Both the position numbers and the translations under genes were made by a program. Positions 1 to 8,632 of a stretch of 64,000 nucleotides of DNA are shown here, piece by piece (the first letter of the stretch is position 1; the number at the start of each line of letters is the position of its first letter). Origin of the DNA: an uncultured Sandaracinaceae bacterium (GTDB lineage: Bacteria > Myxococcota_A > Polyangia > Polyangiales > Houyiibacteriaceae); NCBI GenBank assembly GCA_964510015.1, contig CAZEAA010000002.1, positions 427-64,426 of the forward strand. Reading direction: 5' to 3'. The notes under the pieces were generated by a model. It was given only the letters and a program-made list of their open reading frames with translations, had not been told where the DNA came from and did no database searches.

Positions 1-759
1 CGGCTTCTCGGTGCTCTGCCGGCGCTTGGCGATGATCACGCTGACCAGCTCCTGCAAGCGCACGCGCGCCTTGTCCCGCCGACGAAACACGGGGATCGGC
101 AGGTTCGGGTAGTGATAGGCCAGCGGGTGCACGCCCTGCTCGAGGTCGTGATAGATCTGCGCGAACTCGTCGCTGATCTCGTAGCGGAATTCCCGACCCA
201 GCAGGCAGTGCGACGACGTCCGGATGGTGAGCTCCTTCATGAAGTCCACCAGCTGGAACACCCCCTCGTCCTTGCCCCACTCGTCGGCCATGCCGCGCAC
301 TTCGGCCACGATCTTGCTGGAGTGGTTCCGCATGGCGTCGAAGCGCAGCGAAGGCATCAGCATGCGCAGCTGCTCGGTCTTGCGCTCTATCGGAGCGTCG
401 AAGATCAGGCCCTCGCCGAAGATGGGCGCCATCAAACGATAGGCCGCGGACTGGTCGAGCTGCTCGTCGGGGGCGCGGTAGAAGGCCTCGCTCGCCACCT
501 CGCCGGTGAGCAGCACGATCTTCTGGCCCAGCATGGTGAACTCCACCACCTCGCCACCCTCGTCGTGGGCGCGCTGCATGAAGTGGTAGGGGTTCTTGGC
601 GAACGGGATCATGTGGCCGAAGTACGGCAGGCCGCCGCGCAGGCGGGGCGGGCGCTTGCCGCTCTGCGTCTTGCTGGTGGCGGGCGTGCGCACGCGCGGC
701 GCGGTGCTCGGGGCAGGGCTCGAGAGGGGGCTCGCTTGGGTCATCTTCAGCTCGGTCAT
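1..759 (-). CDS. cyp51: Cytochrome P450 sterol 14-alpha-demethylase (CYP51)-like, N-terminal 253 codons; 3' end lies beyond base 1
   Basis: Absent from the ORF track because there is no stop in the window. Minus-strand translation from ATG 759 reads MTELKMTQ...LPYFGHMIPFAKNPYHFMQRAHDEGGEVVEF...LDQSAAYRLMAPIFGEGLIFDAPIERK...YHDLEQGVHPLAYHYPNLPIPVFRRRDKAR. This is collinear with my recollection of M. tuberculosis CYP51 (LDQAKAYPFMTPIFGEGVVFDAS...YHELERGTDPLAYVDPYLPIESFRRRDEAR). The frame stays open to base 1. Confidence 0.8.
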   Translation of the reverse strand, partial: MTELKMTQASPLSSPAPSTAPRVRTPATSKTQSGKRPPRLRGGLPYFGHMIPFAKNPYHFMQRAHDEGGEVVEFTMLGQKIVLLTGEVASEAFYRAPDEQLDQSAAYRLMAPIFGEGLIFDAPIERKTEQLRMLMPSLRFDAMRNHSSKIVAEVRGMADEWGKDEGVFQLVDFMKELTIRTSSHCLLGREFRYEISDEFAQIYHDLEQGVHPLAYHYPNLPIPVFRRRDKARVRLQELVSVIIAKRRQSTEKP

Positions 760-988
760 GGGGCCTCTGGGGTCCGAGCTTAGGCTCGCCAGCGCTCCGC
801 GTGAGCACTCATTCGGCCACTTCGCGCAGTTGGAGCGGCCATCGGAGTCACGGGAGCGGGGCGAACTGCGCACGGGCCACGTCCGCTCCCACGGCAATCA
901 CGCTATCGGGAGAAGATCCGCGAGAGACTGTCGTAGGATGGGGGTGCGCTCGCGCCTTGGGCGGTGCGGTGCACGAGGAGGTCACGCG

Positions 989-3070
989 ATGGGCAGGAAG
1001 CTGGGCTGGGTGGGGTTGGGGTGCGTCGTGCTGGCCGCGGGCTGCGGCACCACGGTGGACGGGACTCCGGATCAAGGGAACAACCCCAGCGACGGCGGGC
1101 CACCGGGCACGCTGGTCACCGTGGACATCCAGGGCGAGGTGCTGCTGGCCAACGGCTACCCCGGCCAGATCCTCCCGCTCTTCCGCTCCGAGATCAGCTC
1201 GGGCTCGGCGCTCGGGCGCGTGGAGCTCTTCGCGCGCTTCTGCGCGGACGCCGCCTGCGTCACGCCGCTCGCGGTGGTGCCGCTCGTCATCGACGGAGCC
1301 GACGAGGACGGCCGCTACGTGCTCGCCAGCGCCAGCACCAGCGGGGAGGGCTTCTCGAAGCCGTTCAGCATCCCGCAGGCGCCGCTCGGGGCGTCGTTCC
1401 TCCAGATCATCGGCGACACGCAGTTCAGCCAGGAGGCGGGCCTCGGTGAGTGCTCGACCACCAGCAACTGCCCCGCCGACTTCGACGTGATCTCCATCGA
1501 CGGCTACCAGGTGGGCCAGAACGTGGACGGCACCACCGAGCAGCCCGGCCCCGCCACGGTCGCCATCACCGTCCCGAACCGCGGCGCGGTGCTCACCCTC
1601 GACGACACCTTCTACCTCGGCCACCTGCAGTTCGATCGCGGGCCCCTCGCGGACCCGGCGCCAGCCGACGACGGCACGCTGCTGCTGGCCATCTCGAACG
1701 AGGCCGACTCCTACCGCAACCTGGTGGGCACCGTGGACCTCAGCAACGCGAGCGCCACGCCGGGCGCGCTCACCACGTCGTACACGCTGCAGAACGACGG
1801 GAGCGCCTTCGCCGGAGACATCTGCGGCATGGTGCGCGGCGGCGGCTCGGTCTACGTCATCGGACTCGACAACGTGGGCACACACATCTTCGAGCTCTCG
1901 GCCGCGACCGGCGCGCAGGTCTCCGACCAGCCGCTGGTGACCATCCCGCCCGCCGACGGCGACGACCCGCCCGACCCGAACTCCTTCGCGCGCCCATGCC
2001 GCGGTGTGTACGGCGTGGTGAACAGCGTGGAGCACCTCTACCTGATCCAGTTCGCCGGAGCCGGTGCGCTCGAGACGTCCTACCCGTTCCCCTTCTACGA
2101 CGTGGACGTCACCAACGGCACCTACACGACGCCAATAACCGACACGGACTACGCGCTGCGCGCCATCGCGATCGACGGCACGGCGCACCTCTTCGCCATC
2201 GACATGAGCTGGTCGAAGGACGCGGGCGACAACAACATCGACTTCAACCGCATCCTCGAGCTCGAGCGCGACAGCGATGGCTACGTCATCGGCATCGACT
2301 CCACCACCGTGACCGACCTCGCGTCGGACGAGCCCTGCGGCGCCACCAACAACTGGCCTTCGGGCGCGGCGGTGGTGACCATCGACGGCGCGTCGCAGCT
2401 GGTGCTCGGCCACAACACGGGCGTAGCGACGTACAACGTGTCCACGCTGGAGCAGGACGTGAACCTGCCCTTGCCCGGCTTCGGGCAGCTCTTCGCCGAG
2501 CTCGTCCCGAGCGGGGACGGCACGCGGCTCTACGCGCTCCCGCAGTGCAAGGCGCTCAACACCAGCACCACCTTCGAGCTGCCGTATGCGCAGACCACCG
2601 AGAACGCGGACACCAACCTGGTGGCCATCCTCGCCACCACCGGCACGGACCTCGCCATCGCGAGCACCACCATCGACATCGACGCCGACGGCACCAACGA
2701 CCACGGCATCGACCTCGACTACTGGTTCCTGAAGCGCTTCATCCGCGACCACAGCACCACGCTGCCCATCCCGCCCGTGGTGTTCACGGGCCCGCAGCTG
2801 GCGGTGGGCGAGAGCATGCTCTTCGTCCGCGGGAGCGGCATCCAGGGTGACGGCACGCCGAACCAGATCTCCTCGTCGGGCCTCGGGCAGGTGCAGGACA
2901 TCGGCTTCTTCAGCCTGAGCACGGGGCGCGGCATCGTCTTCGACGACTACATCCCGTGGACCGACGGTCTCAGCTCGGAAGCCGGCACGGGTACCGGCAT
3001 CTGGGGTTACGACGTGCACGCGGGTCGGGAGTCTTCGGTGGGCGCGATCCTGTACCTTCCCGCTCCATGA
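989..3070 (+). CDS. Secreted lipoprotein, unknown function (693 aa)
   Basis: Track ORF 596..3070. I place the start at in-frame ATG 989, which is preceded by GAGGAGG (975-981) and gives the lipoprotein signal MGRKLGWVGLGCVVLAAGC. The upstream ORF portion is Arg/Gly-rich junk. No family recognised. Confidence 0.6.
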   Translation: MGRKLGWVGLGCVVLAAGCGTTVDGTPDQGNNPSDGGPPGTLVTVDIQGEVLLANGYPGQILPLFRSEISSGSALGRVELFARFCADAACVTPLAVVPLVIDGADEDGRYVLASASTSGEGFSKPFSIPQAPLGASFLQIIGDTQFSQEAGLGECSTTSNCPADFDVISIDGYQVGQNVDGTTEQPGPATVAITVPNRGAVLTLDDTFYLGHLQFDRGPLADPAPADDGTLLLAISNEADSYRNLVGTVDLSNASATPGALTTSYTLQNDGSAFAGDICGMVRGGGSVYVIGLDNVGTHIFELSAATGAQVSDQPLVTIPPADGDDPPDPNSFARPCRGVYGVVNSVEHLYLIQFAGAGALETSYPFPFYDVDVTNGTYTTPITDTDYALRAIAIDGTAHLFAIDMSWSKDAGDNNIDFNRILELERDSDGYVIGIDSTTVTDLASDEPCGATNNWPSGAAVVTIDGASQLVLGHNTGVATYNVSTLEQDVNLPLPGFGQLFAELVPSGDGTRLYALPQCKALNTSTTFELPYAQTTENADTNLVAILATTGTDLAIASTTIDIDADGTNDHGIDLDYWFLKRFIRDHSTTLPIPPVVFTGPQLAVGESMLFVRGSGIQGDGTPNQISSSGLGQVQDIGFFSLSTGRGIVFDDYIPWTDGLSSEAGTGTGIWGYDVHAGRESSVGAILYLPAP

Positions 3071-3136
3071 GCGCAGAGCCCGACAGCCTTGCGTGGTTTC
3101 GGCGGGCTGGGCAGGCTGCTCCGTGAGGAGACGTCC

Positions 3137-4354
3137 ATGCCCATGTCCGCGCTGACCGACCCGTCCGAGCCCCTGCGCTACGACCCCTTCGAGGTGGGGG
3201 AGCTGGCGGACCCCTATCCGCTCTACGAGCGGCTGCGCGAAGAGGCGCCCGTCTATCACCACGCAGCCGGTGACTTCTGGGTGCTCTCGCGCTTCGACGA
3301 CGTCTTCCGGGCCACGCGCGACTTCACCACCTTCTCGTCGGCGCGTGGGCTCACGTTCATCCGCGACGAGATGAAGATCCTGGGCCTCGCGCCCACCTTC
3401 ATCATGATGGATCCGCCCAATCACACCGCGCTGCGCAGGCTGATCTCGAAGGGCTTCACGCCCGACCGTGTGTCTTCCATGGAGCCGCTCATCCGCGAGT
3501 TCGTGCGTGGGCGCGCGGAGCAGCTCGCGGAGCGTTGCGCCGCCGGCGAGACGCCCAACGTGGTGGACGAGTACACGTCACCGCTGCCCACGTTCGTGCT
3601 GGCCGAGTTGCTTGGGGTGCCCGCCGAGGACCGCCCGCGCTTCGACCCGTGGTCGCGCGCCATCACCAGCGCGTCGATGGAGCCCGAAGACATGGGGGCC
3701 GCGGTGAACGCCGTCGCGCAGCTCTTCGGCTACTTCGTGCAGCTCCTCGAGCGGCGCCGCGTGGAGCCCGGCGACGACATGCTGTCGGCCCTGCGCGCCG
3801 CCGAGGTCGACGGCCAGAAGCTCAGCAACTGGGACCTGCTGGGCTTCTGCTTCGTCTTCATCGCGGGCGGCAACGACACCACCAACCACATGCTGGCCAA
3901 CGCGCTGGTCCGCCTCGAGGAGCACCCCGAGCAACGCGCGTGGTTGCACGCGAACCCCGACCGCATCGGCCCTGCGGTGGACGAGTTCCTGCGCTTCGAC
4001 GCTCCCGTGCAGGGCCTCTCGCGCACGCTCACCGGCGCGCTCGAGCTCCACGGTCAGCGCCTGCCCGAAGGCGCGAAGGTGCACCTGCTGTACGCCAGCG
4101 CCAACCGCGACCCGCGCCAGTATGGGGACAGCGCGGGCCAGCTGGACGTGACGCGTGACGTGCAGCGCCACATGAGCTTCACGCAGGGGCCGCACTTCTG
4201 CATCGGCGCCCACCTCGCGCGCATGATGGGGCGCATCGGTCTCGAAGAGCTCCTGCTGCGCTTCCCGGACTACCAGCTGGACCTCGCTGGCGCCGTGCGC
4301 ACGCGTTCGGCGTTCGTGCGCGGCTACGACGTGCTCCCCTTCCGCGCGAGCTGA
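3137..4354 (+). CDS. Cytochrome P450 (soluble bacterial type)
   Basis: Track ORF 3089..4354. ATG 3137 follows GAGGAG (3125-3130). It has the heme-thiolate loop FTQGPHFCIGAHLAR, the I-helix FIAGGNDTT and an ExxR-like EFLRFD. Confidence 0.85.
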   Translation: MPMSALTDPSEPLRYDPFEVGELADPYPLYERLREEAPVYHHAAGDFWVLSRFDDVFRATRDFTTFSSARGLTFIRDEMKILGLAPTFIMMDPPNHTALRRLISKGFTPDRVSSMEPLIREFVRGRAEQLAERCAAGETPNVVDEYTSPLPTFVLAELLGVPAEDRPRFDPWSRAITSASMEPEDMGAAVNAVAQLFGYFVQLLERRRVEPGDDMLSALRAAEVDGQKLSNWDLLGFCFVFIAGGNDTTNHMLANALVRLEEHPEQRAWLHANPDRIGPAVDEFLRFDAPVQGLSRTLTGALELHGQRLPEGAKVHLLYASANRDPRQYGDSAGQLDVTRDVQRHMSFTQGPHFCIGAHLARMMGRIGLEELLLRFPDYQLDLAGAVRTRSAFVRGYDVLPFRAS

Positions 4355-4424
4355 GAGGGCGTCGCCTCGTCGCCGGACCGCGGCTCAGGTCGGGACGATT
4401 TCTCGCGGCTCACGTCGTTTTAAC

Positions 4425-4453
4425 TTGATAGTGATATTCACTATCATTATATT
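4425..4453 (+). promoter_or_regulatory. Near-consensus sigma70-type promoter TTGATA-17 nt-TATATT
   Basis: TTGATA at 4425-4430, a 17-nt spacer, then TATATT at 4448-4453. It sits in a local AT-rich patch of an otherwise ~70% GC window. It points toward the HD-domain gene at 4634. Confidence 0.55.
4426..4446. promoter_or_regulatory. Perfect 9-bp inverted repeat TGATAGTGA-TAT-TCACTATCA (operator-like) inside the promoter spacer
   Basis: The arms are exact reverse complements and the repeat overlaps the -35 element and spacer of the promoter above. Confidence 0.5.
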
Positions 4454-4633
4454 GAGGGGAGTTGGTGACCGGAGTGAACTTCCACTCACCGACCTGGCTG
4501 GGTAGCCACCCTTGCGGTGGGCGCGGACTGACTCACCGCGGATCCATCCGACGCGCCTGGAGGCGGTGGGCTCCTCCTCCGGGCGCGTCATTTCTTTAAC
4601 GCCTCCCCGTGACGGGCCGGCTAGCGTGCGTCG

Positions 4634-5284
4634 ATGGACGTCCTGAGCGTCGACCGCATCACACGAGCCATCTTGGAAGCGCGCTGGCCGCACGACACCG
4701 CGCTGCCCTTGGTGGCCACGCTGGCCGAGGCCTACGGCAGACCGCCGCGCGCGTACCACGACCTTCGCCACATCGAGGAGCTGCTGGGCTGGTACGAGCG
4801 CCTGGGCGTGGAGGGGCCAGGCTGGCAGGCGCCGCACGACGTGCTCGCGGCGGTGCTCTATCACGACGCCATCTACGAGGCGGGGCGGCCCGACAACGAG
4901 GCGCTCTCCGCGGCGCTGGCGGTCGGCGACATCGCGCGCTTCGAGCTGCCGTGCGAGTCCACACGCGTGAGCGAGCTGATCCTCGCGACGGCGCGCCACG
5001 GCACGCTGGCTGTGGATCCCGTGGCGGACCCCGACCTCGCGCACTTCCTCGACGCCGACATGGCCATCCTGGGTGCTTCGCCCGACCGCTTCGACGACTA
5101 CGAGCGGGCCATCGCCAACGAGTACGCCGCGATCCCAGCCGCTGCCTTCCGCGCCGGCCGGGGCCGCTTCCTCACGCGCTTGCTCGCGCTCCCGCGCCTC
5201 TATCAGACGTCGTTCTTCTCGTCGCGGCTCGAGTCGGCCGCCCGCGCCAACCTCACCCGCGCGAGCGCTGCGCTGAACGGCTGA
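4634..5284 (+). CDS. HD-superfamily metal-dependent phosphohydrolase-like protein (COG4339-like)
   Basis: Track ORF, 216 aa. Motifs YHDLRHIEELL and LYHDAIYE, plus the overall length, match my memory of the uncharacterised HD family COG4339. Confidence 0.55.
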   Translation: MDVLSVDRITRAILEARWPHDTALPLVATLAEAYGRPPRAYHDLRHIEELLGWYERLGVEGPGWQAPHDVLAAVLYHDAIYEAGRPDNEALSAALAVGDIARFELPCESTRVSELILATARHGTLAVDPVADPDLAHFLDADMAILGASPDRFDDYERAIANEYAAIPAAAFRAGRGRFLTRLLALPRLYQTSFFSSRLESAARANLTRASAALNG

Positions 5285-5652
5285 CGAACCGGCGTGGTGC
5301 TCGGCCCGGACGCCCCTTCGGCGCTGGCGGGCGGCGTGGGCAGCCTCTCGATCAGCGTGGGCGCGCTGCCGTCACCGACGCCGAGCAGCAGCGTCTCGCC
5401 GTCCACCTGCACCAGCACCAGCGCGTGCCGAGCATCGAGGGGCGTGCGCTCGAGCACACGAATGCGTCCGCTACCGCCGCGTAACAGGCCGCCGCGTGAG
5501 AGACCCCGCAGGACCACGAACGCCAGCACCGACACGGCCAGCAGCGCCAACACCGCCTGAAGCAGCGCGGCGCCGTAGCCGCCCGTGATCACGGGAGACA
5601 CCGGCGCCGAGGTGGCTTGGAGGCCCGAGGTGGCCTGGAGGAGTACCCACAC
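5203..5652 (-). CDS. FliO/MopB-like single-pass membrane protein (orphan)
   Basis: Track ORF, 149 aa. A TM helix LLQAVLALLAVSVLAFVVL is followed by RIRVLERTPLDARHALVLVQVDGETLLLGVGDGSAPTLIERL, the layout typical of the FliO family. Its 3' end overlaps the convergent HD gene by 82 bp. Confidence 0.4.
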   Translation of the reverse strand: MWVLLQATSGLQATSAPVSPVITGGYGAALLQAVLALLAVSVLAFVVLRGLSRGGLLRGGSGRIRVLERTPLDARHALVLVQVDGETLLLGVGDGSAPTLIERLPTPPASAEGASGPSTTPVRQPFSAALARVRLARAADSSRDEKNDV

Positions 5653-5694
5653 CCACCCCTCATGACATGACGTCCGAGGGGCGACAACGCGCGC

Positions 5695-7872
5695 TCAGTG
5701 CGCGGCGTCGAGCTCGATGCTCGCGAGGAGGATCTCTGCGATGTCGAGCTGCTTGACCGAGTCTTCCTTCTCTTGGTCCTTGAGGCCGTCGGTCAGCATG
5801 GTGGAGCAGAAGGGGCAGCCGGTGGCGATGGTGCTCGCGCCGGTGTCCAGCAGCTGCAGCGTGCGCTTGCTGTTCACGCGCTCGCCGTGCTCTTCCATGA
5901 ACATCTGCGCGCCGCCGGCGCCGCAGCAGAGGCCCTTGTTCTTGTTCCAGTACTCGACCTCCACCAGCTCCACGCCGGCCTTCTCGAGCACCTCGCGCGG
6001 GGCGCTGTAGACGTCGTTGTAGCGGCCCAGGTAGCAGCTGTCGTGGTACGCGACCTTGCCGCCGACCTTCTTGGTGGGCTTCAGCTTGTCACGCGCGATG
6101 AGGCCGTTGAGGAACTCGCTGTGGTGCACCACGTCGTAGTTGCCGCCGAAGTCGCTGTACTCGTTCCCGAGCGTGTTGAAGCAGTGCGGGCAGGCCGTGA
6201 TGATGGTGCGCTTGCCGTTCATGCCGTAGCCGTTGAGCGTCTCGACGTTCTGCGCGGCCAGCGTCTGGAAGAGGTACTCGTTGCCGCCGCGGCGCGCGGG
6301 GTCACCCGTGCAGGTCTCCTCGGTGCCGAGGATGGCGAAGTTCACGCCGCCCTGCTTGAGCAGCTGCACCGTGGCGCGGGCCACCTTCTTGGCGCGGTCG
6401 TCGAAGCTCGCGGCGCAGCCCACCCAGTACAAGACCTCGGCGTCTGGCGTGTCGCTCATGAGCGGCACGTTCAGGCCGTCGGCCCAGTCGGCGCGGTCCA
6501 TGGCCGAGATGTTCCACGGGTTGCCGTTGGTCTCGATGCCGTTGAACGCCGTCTGCAGCTGCGCGGGGAAGTCGTTCTTCATCATGACTTCTTCGCGGCG
6601 CATCCCGATGATCTTGTCCACGTAGGTGATCATGACCGGGCACTGCTCTTCGCACGCGCGGCAGCTGGTGCAGGCCCAGATGACGTCCGGGTGGAGGATG
6701 TTCGGCACCAGGTCCACGACCTGGTTGTTCTGGAAGTAGCCACCCTCGGGCGCCGGGGGGTTGGCGCGCATCGGCTCACCGTTCTCGCTGCTGTCCTGCG
6801 CGGGGGCGTTGTCCTGCGGCACGGTCACGGTGCTGTCCTTGCCGAACATCGCCTCTTCGGTGTCGTAGAGGTGGTCGCGCAGCGCCAGGGTGAGGTGCTT
6901 CGGCGAGAGCTTCTTGTTGGTGATGTAGGCCGGGCAGTTGTCGCTGCAGCGCCCGCACTCGGTGCAGGTGTACAGGTCCATGATGCCCTTGTAGCTGAGG
7001 TCGGAGATGCGGTTGATGCCCAGCGTCTCCTCGCGCTCGACCTTGCCCTCGATGTCCTGGACCGTGGGCAGCGCGTTGTGGCGGCGCTGGTAGGCGAAGA
7101 CGTTCGGGATGACCGTGATGATGTGGAAGTGCTTCGAGAACGGGAGGATGTTCAGGAAGATCAGCACGAACGCCGAGTGCCACCAGAAGCCCAGGTGCTG
7201 CAGCACCTTGAGGGGCCCGGGGCCGAGGTCGGCGCCCGAGAAGGCCATGGCGAGCAGCGAGCCGAAGGGCTCGTACCAGGCCCAGTGGGTGGCGGTGCCG
7301 GTGGCGGCGTTGTGGATGGAGAGCGACGCGCCGACGTAGAGGAAGTCGGCGATCATCATCGTGAAGATGATGCCGAGGATGACGTTCGGCTCGTTGCCGA
7401 GGGTCATGCGCGCGCCGCGCTGGCTGTACTTCGGGTCGCCGTGGTCGACGCCCTTCTTCACGAGGCGGATGTACCAGAAGGCGAGGGCGCCCAGCACGGC
7501 GGCGCCGGCGGCCAGCTCCTTGATGAGCGAGTAGCCGCGACCGAGGATGTGGTCGGTGCTGAGCAGGCCCCAGAAGTCGAACGTGGGATCGAAGCCGCGG
7601 CCCCACAGCATGATGCTGTTGAGCAGCAGCACCTGGAACGCCATGAAGATGCCCACGTGGGCGAAGCCCGCGAGGGAGTAGTTCGGCATCTTCTTCTGGA
7701 AGAGGGCGAAGACGACCAGCGTCTTCACGCGGTCGAACAGCTCACCAGGACGCGAGAGGTCGAAGTCCGGATCTGGGACGCCGATCTGCATCTGACGAAT
7801 GCGGCGCTTCGCGCTCCACGAAAAGAAGCCCAGGGTGGTCAGCAGGACCAACGTCATCGCGATGGGGCTCAT
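5695..7872 (-). CDS. Membrane-anchored (Fe-S)-binding oxidoreductase, HdrD/GlpC-like (N-terminal multi-TM domain + 2x[4Fe-4S] + CCG domains)
   Basis: Track ORF, 725 aa. Ferredoxin motifs CTECGRCSDNCP and CTSCRACEEQCP are present, with Cys-rich CCG-type segments (GLCCGAGG, GCPFC). GAGGAG lies upstream of ATG 7872. Confidence 0.8.
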   Translation of the reverse strand: MSPIAMTLVLLTTLGFFSWSAKRRIRQMQIGVPDPDFDLSRPGELFDRVKTLVVFALFQKKMPNYSLAGFAHVGIFMAFQVLLLNSIMLWGRGFDPTFDFWGLLSTDHILGRGYSLIKELAAGAAVLGALAFWYIRLVKKGVDHGDPKYSQRGARMTLGNEPNVILGIIFTMMIADFLYVGASLSIHNAATGTATHWAWYEPFGSLLAMAFSGADLGPGPLKVLQHLGFWWHSAFVLIFLNILPFSKHFHIITVIPNVFAYQRRHNALPTVQDIEGKVEREETLGINRISDLSYKGIMDLYTCTECGRCSDNCPAYITNKKLSPKHLTLALRDHLYDTEEAMFGKDSTVTVPQDNAPAQDSSENGEPMRANPPAPEGGYFQNNQVVDLVPNILHPDVIWACTSCRACEEQCPVMITYVDKIIGMRREEVMMKNDFPAQLQTAFNGIETNGNPWNISAMDRADWADGLNVPLMSDTPDAEVLYWVGCAASFDDRAKKVARATVQLLKQGGVNFAILGTEETCTGDPARRGGNEYLFQTLAAQNVETLNGYGMNGKRTIITACPHCFNTLGNEYSDFGGNYDVVHHSEFLNGLIARDKLKPTKKVGGKVAYHDSCYLGRYNDVYSAPREVLEKAGVELVEVEYWNKNKGLCCGAGGAQMFMEEHGERVNSKRTLQLLDTGASTIATGCPFCSTMLTDGLKDQEKEDSVKQLDIAEILLASIELDAAH

Positions 7873-8011
7873 GAATCTCTTGCTCCTCTAGTCCCCGGCC
7901 AGAGGGCTCGGGGCTGTGTTGCAGCCCCCCCATCCACGACTTCGACGAGGACGGTGACTCGGGGGCTCTTCGGGTTCTAGAAGTGGTCGGCCCCCAAGTC
8001 AAACTCGCGGG

Positions 8012-8569
8012 TCAGCGGGGCAGCTTGGCGTCGAAAAACGCCTTTAGTTTCACGAGGTTCTTCTCCTCGCGCGAGAAGGTCGGGGCCTCGAACCCGCGGA
8101 CGAAGTTCCTTACGTCGTCCACGAACGACTGCTGCGTGCTGTCATCTTCGAGGATGTCCTGGACGGAACGGCCACGCGCGGCGCCCTTGCGGAGGCCCTT
8201 CACGTACGCCTTCAGGCGGTCGTAGTCCTTGCCCAGGAACTCGCGGATGATGTCGCAGTCGTTGGCGAGGCGACCCAGGGAGCGCATGCGCTCGGCCGGC
8301 ACGCCGCTGATGTCCGCGTCGCTGGCCAGCTCGGCCGCCACGCGCAGCACGAAGGCGTCGTCCAGGTAGCCGATGTCGTCGATGCCGTCGGGGATCAGAT
8401 CGAGGCTCTTGAAGAGGTAATTGACGCCGCCGGCGATGCACTCGCGGGCTTCGTTCGAGATGCTGGCCACCGGCACCAGCTCCACGAGCTCGGACGCGTC
8501 CTCCCCGAGGCCACGCAGCCACGCGGGAAAGAGGTCGAGGTACTTGGTCTGATCGTTGTCTTGGCTCAT
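8012..8569 (-). CDS. Hypothetical protein with DUF1232-like motif
   Basis: Track ORF, 185 aa. LIPDGIDDIGYLDDAFVLR resembles the DUF1232 (YkvA) signature. No TM segment is seen. Confidence 0.45.
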   Translation of the reverse strand: MSQDNDQTKYLDLFPAWLRGLGEDASELVELVPVASISNEARECIAGGVNYLFKSLDLIPDGIDDIGYLDDAFVLRVAAELASDADISGVPAERMRSLGRLANDCDIIREFLGKDYDRLKAYVKGLRKGAARGRSVQDILEDDSTQQSFVDDVRNFVRGFEAPTFSREEKNLVKLKAFFDAKLPR

Positions 8570-8632
8570 GGGGGAGGCCCTTTATGCTCGTGTCGTGCCG
8601 AAGCTGCGGCGATGATAGAGAACACTGGCGTG

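Noticed and set aside
112-783. 223-aa plus-strand ORF at the window start
   Set aside because: Its composition is typical of antisense translation in high-GC DNA (Leu/Ala/His/Arg-rich with no motifs). The opposite strand encodes a clearly recognisable CYP51-like sequence.
848-3424. 858-aa minus-strand ORF
   Set aside because: It is an Arg/Gly/Ala/Val-rich low-complexity translation antisense to two supported plus-strand genes, the lipoprotein and the P450. It has no signal peptide or motifs.
4426-4446. Resemblance of the palindrome to the tet operator (shares TGATAG/CTATCA)
   Set aside because: The half-site orientation and spacing differ from tetO (TCCCTATCAGTGATAGAGA), and no TetR gene is adjacent. 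I treat it as a coincidence of short words.
4454-4633. Assignment of the leader to a known riboswitch/ncRNA class (SRP, 6S, ZTP, c-di-GMP, ydaO and others considered)
   Set aside because: I could not find any of the conserved core sequences that I remember. It is left as an unclassified leader needing an Rfam scan.
5203-5652. FliO-like ORF as evidence of a flagellar or T3SS locus
   Set aside because: No other export-apparatus genes are in the window. A single weak family resemblance is insufficient.
5698-7980. 760-aa plus-strand ORF
   Set aside because: It is antisense to the Fe-S oxidoreductase, whose ferredoxin and CCG motifs are unambiguous. This is a GC-bias artefact.
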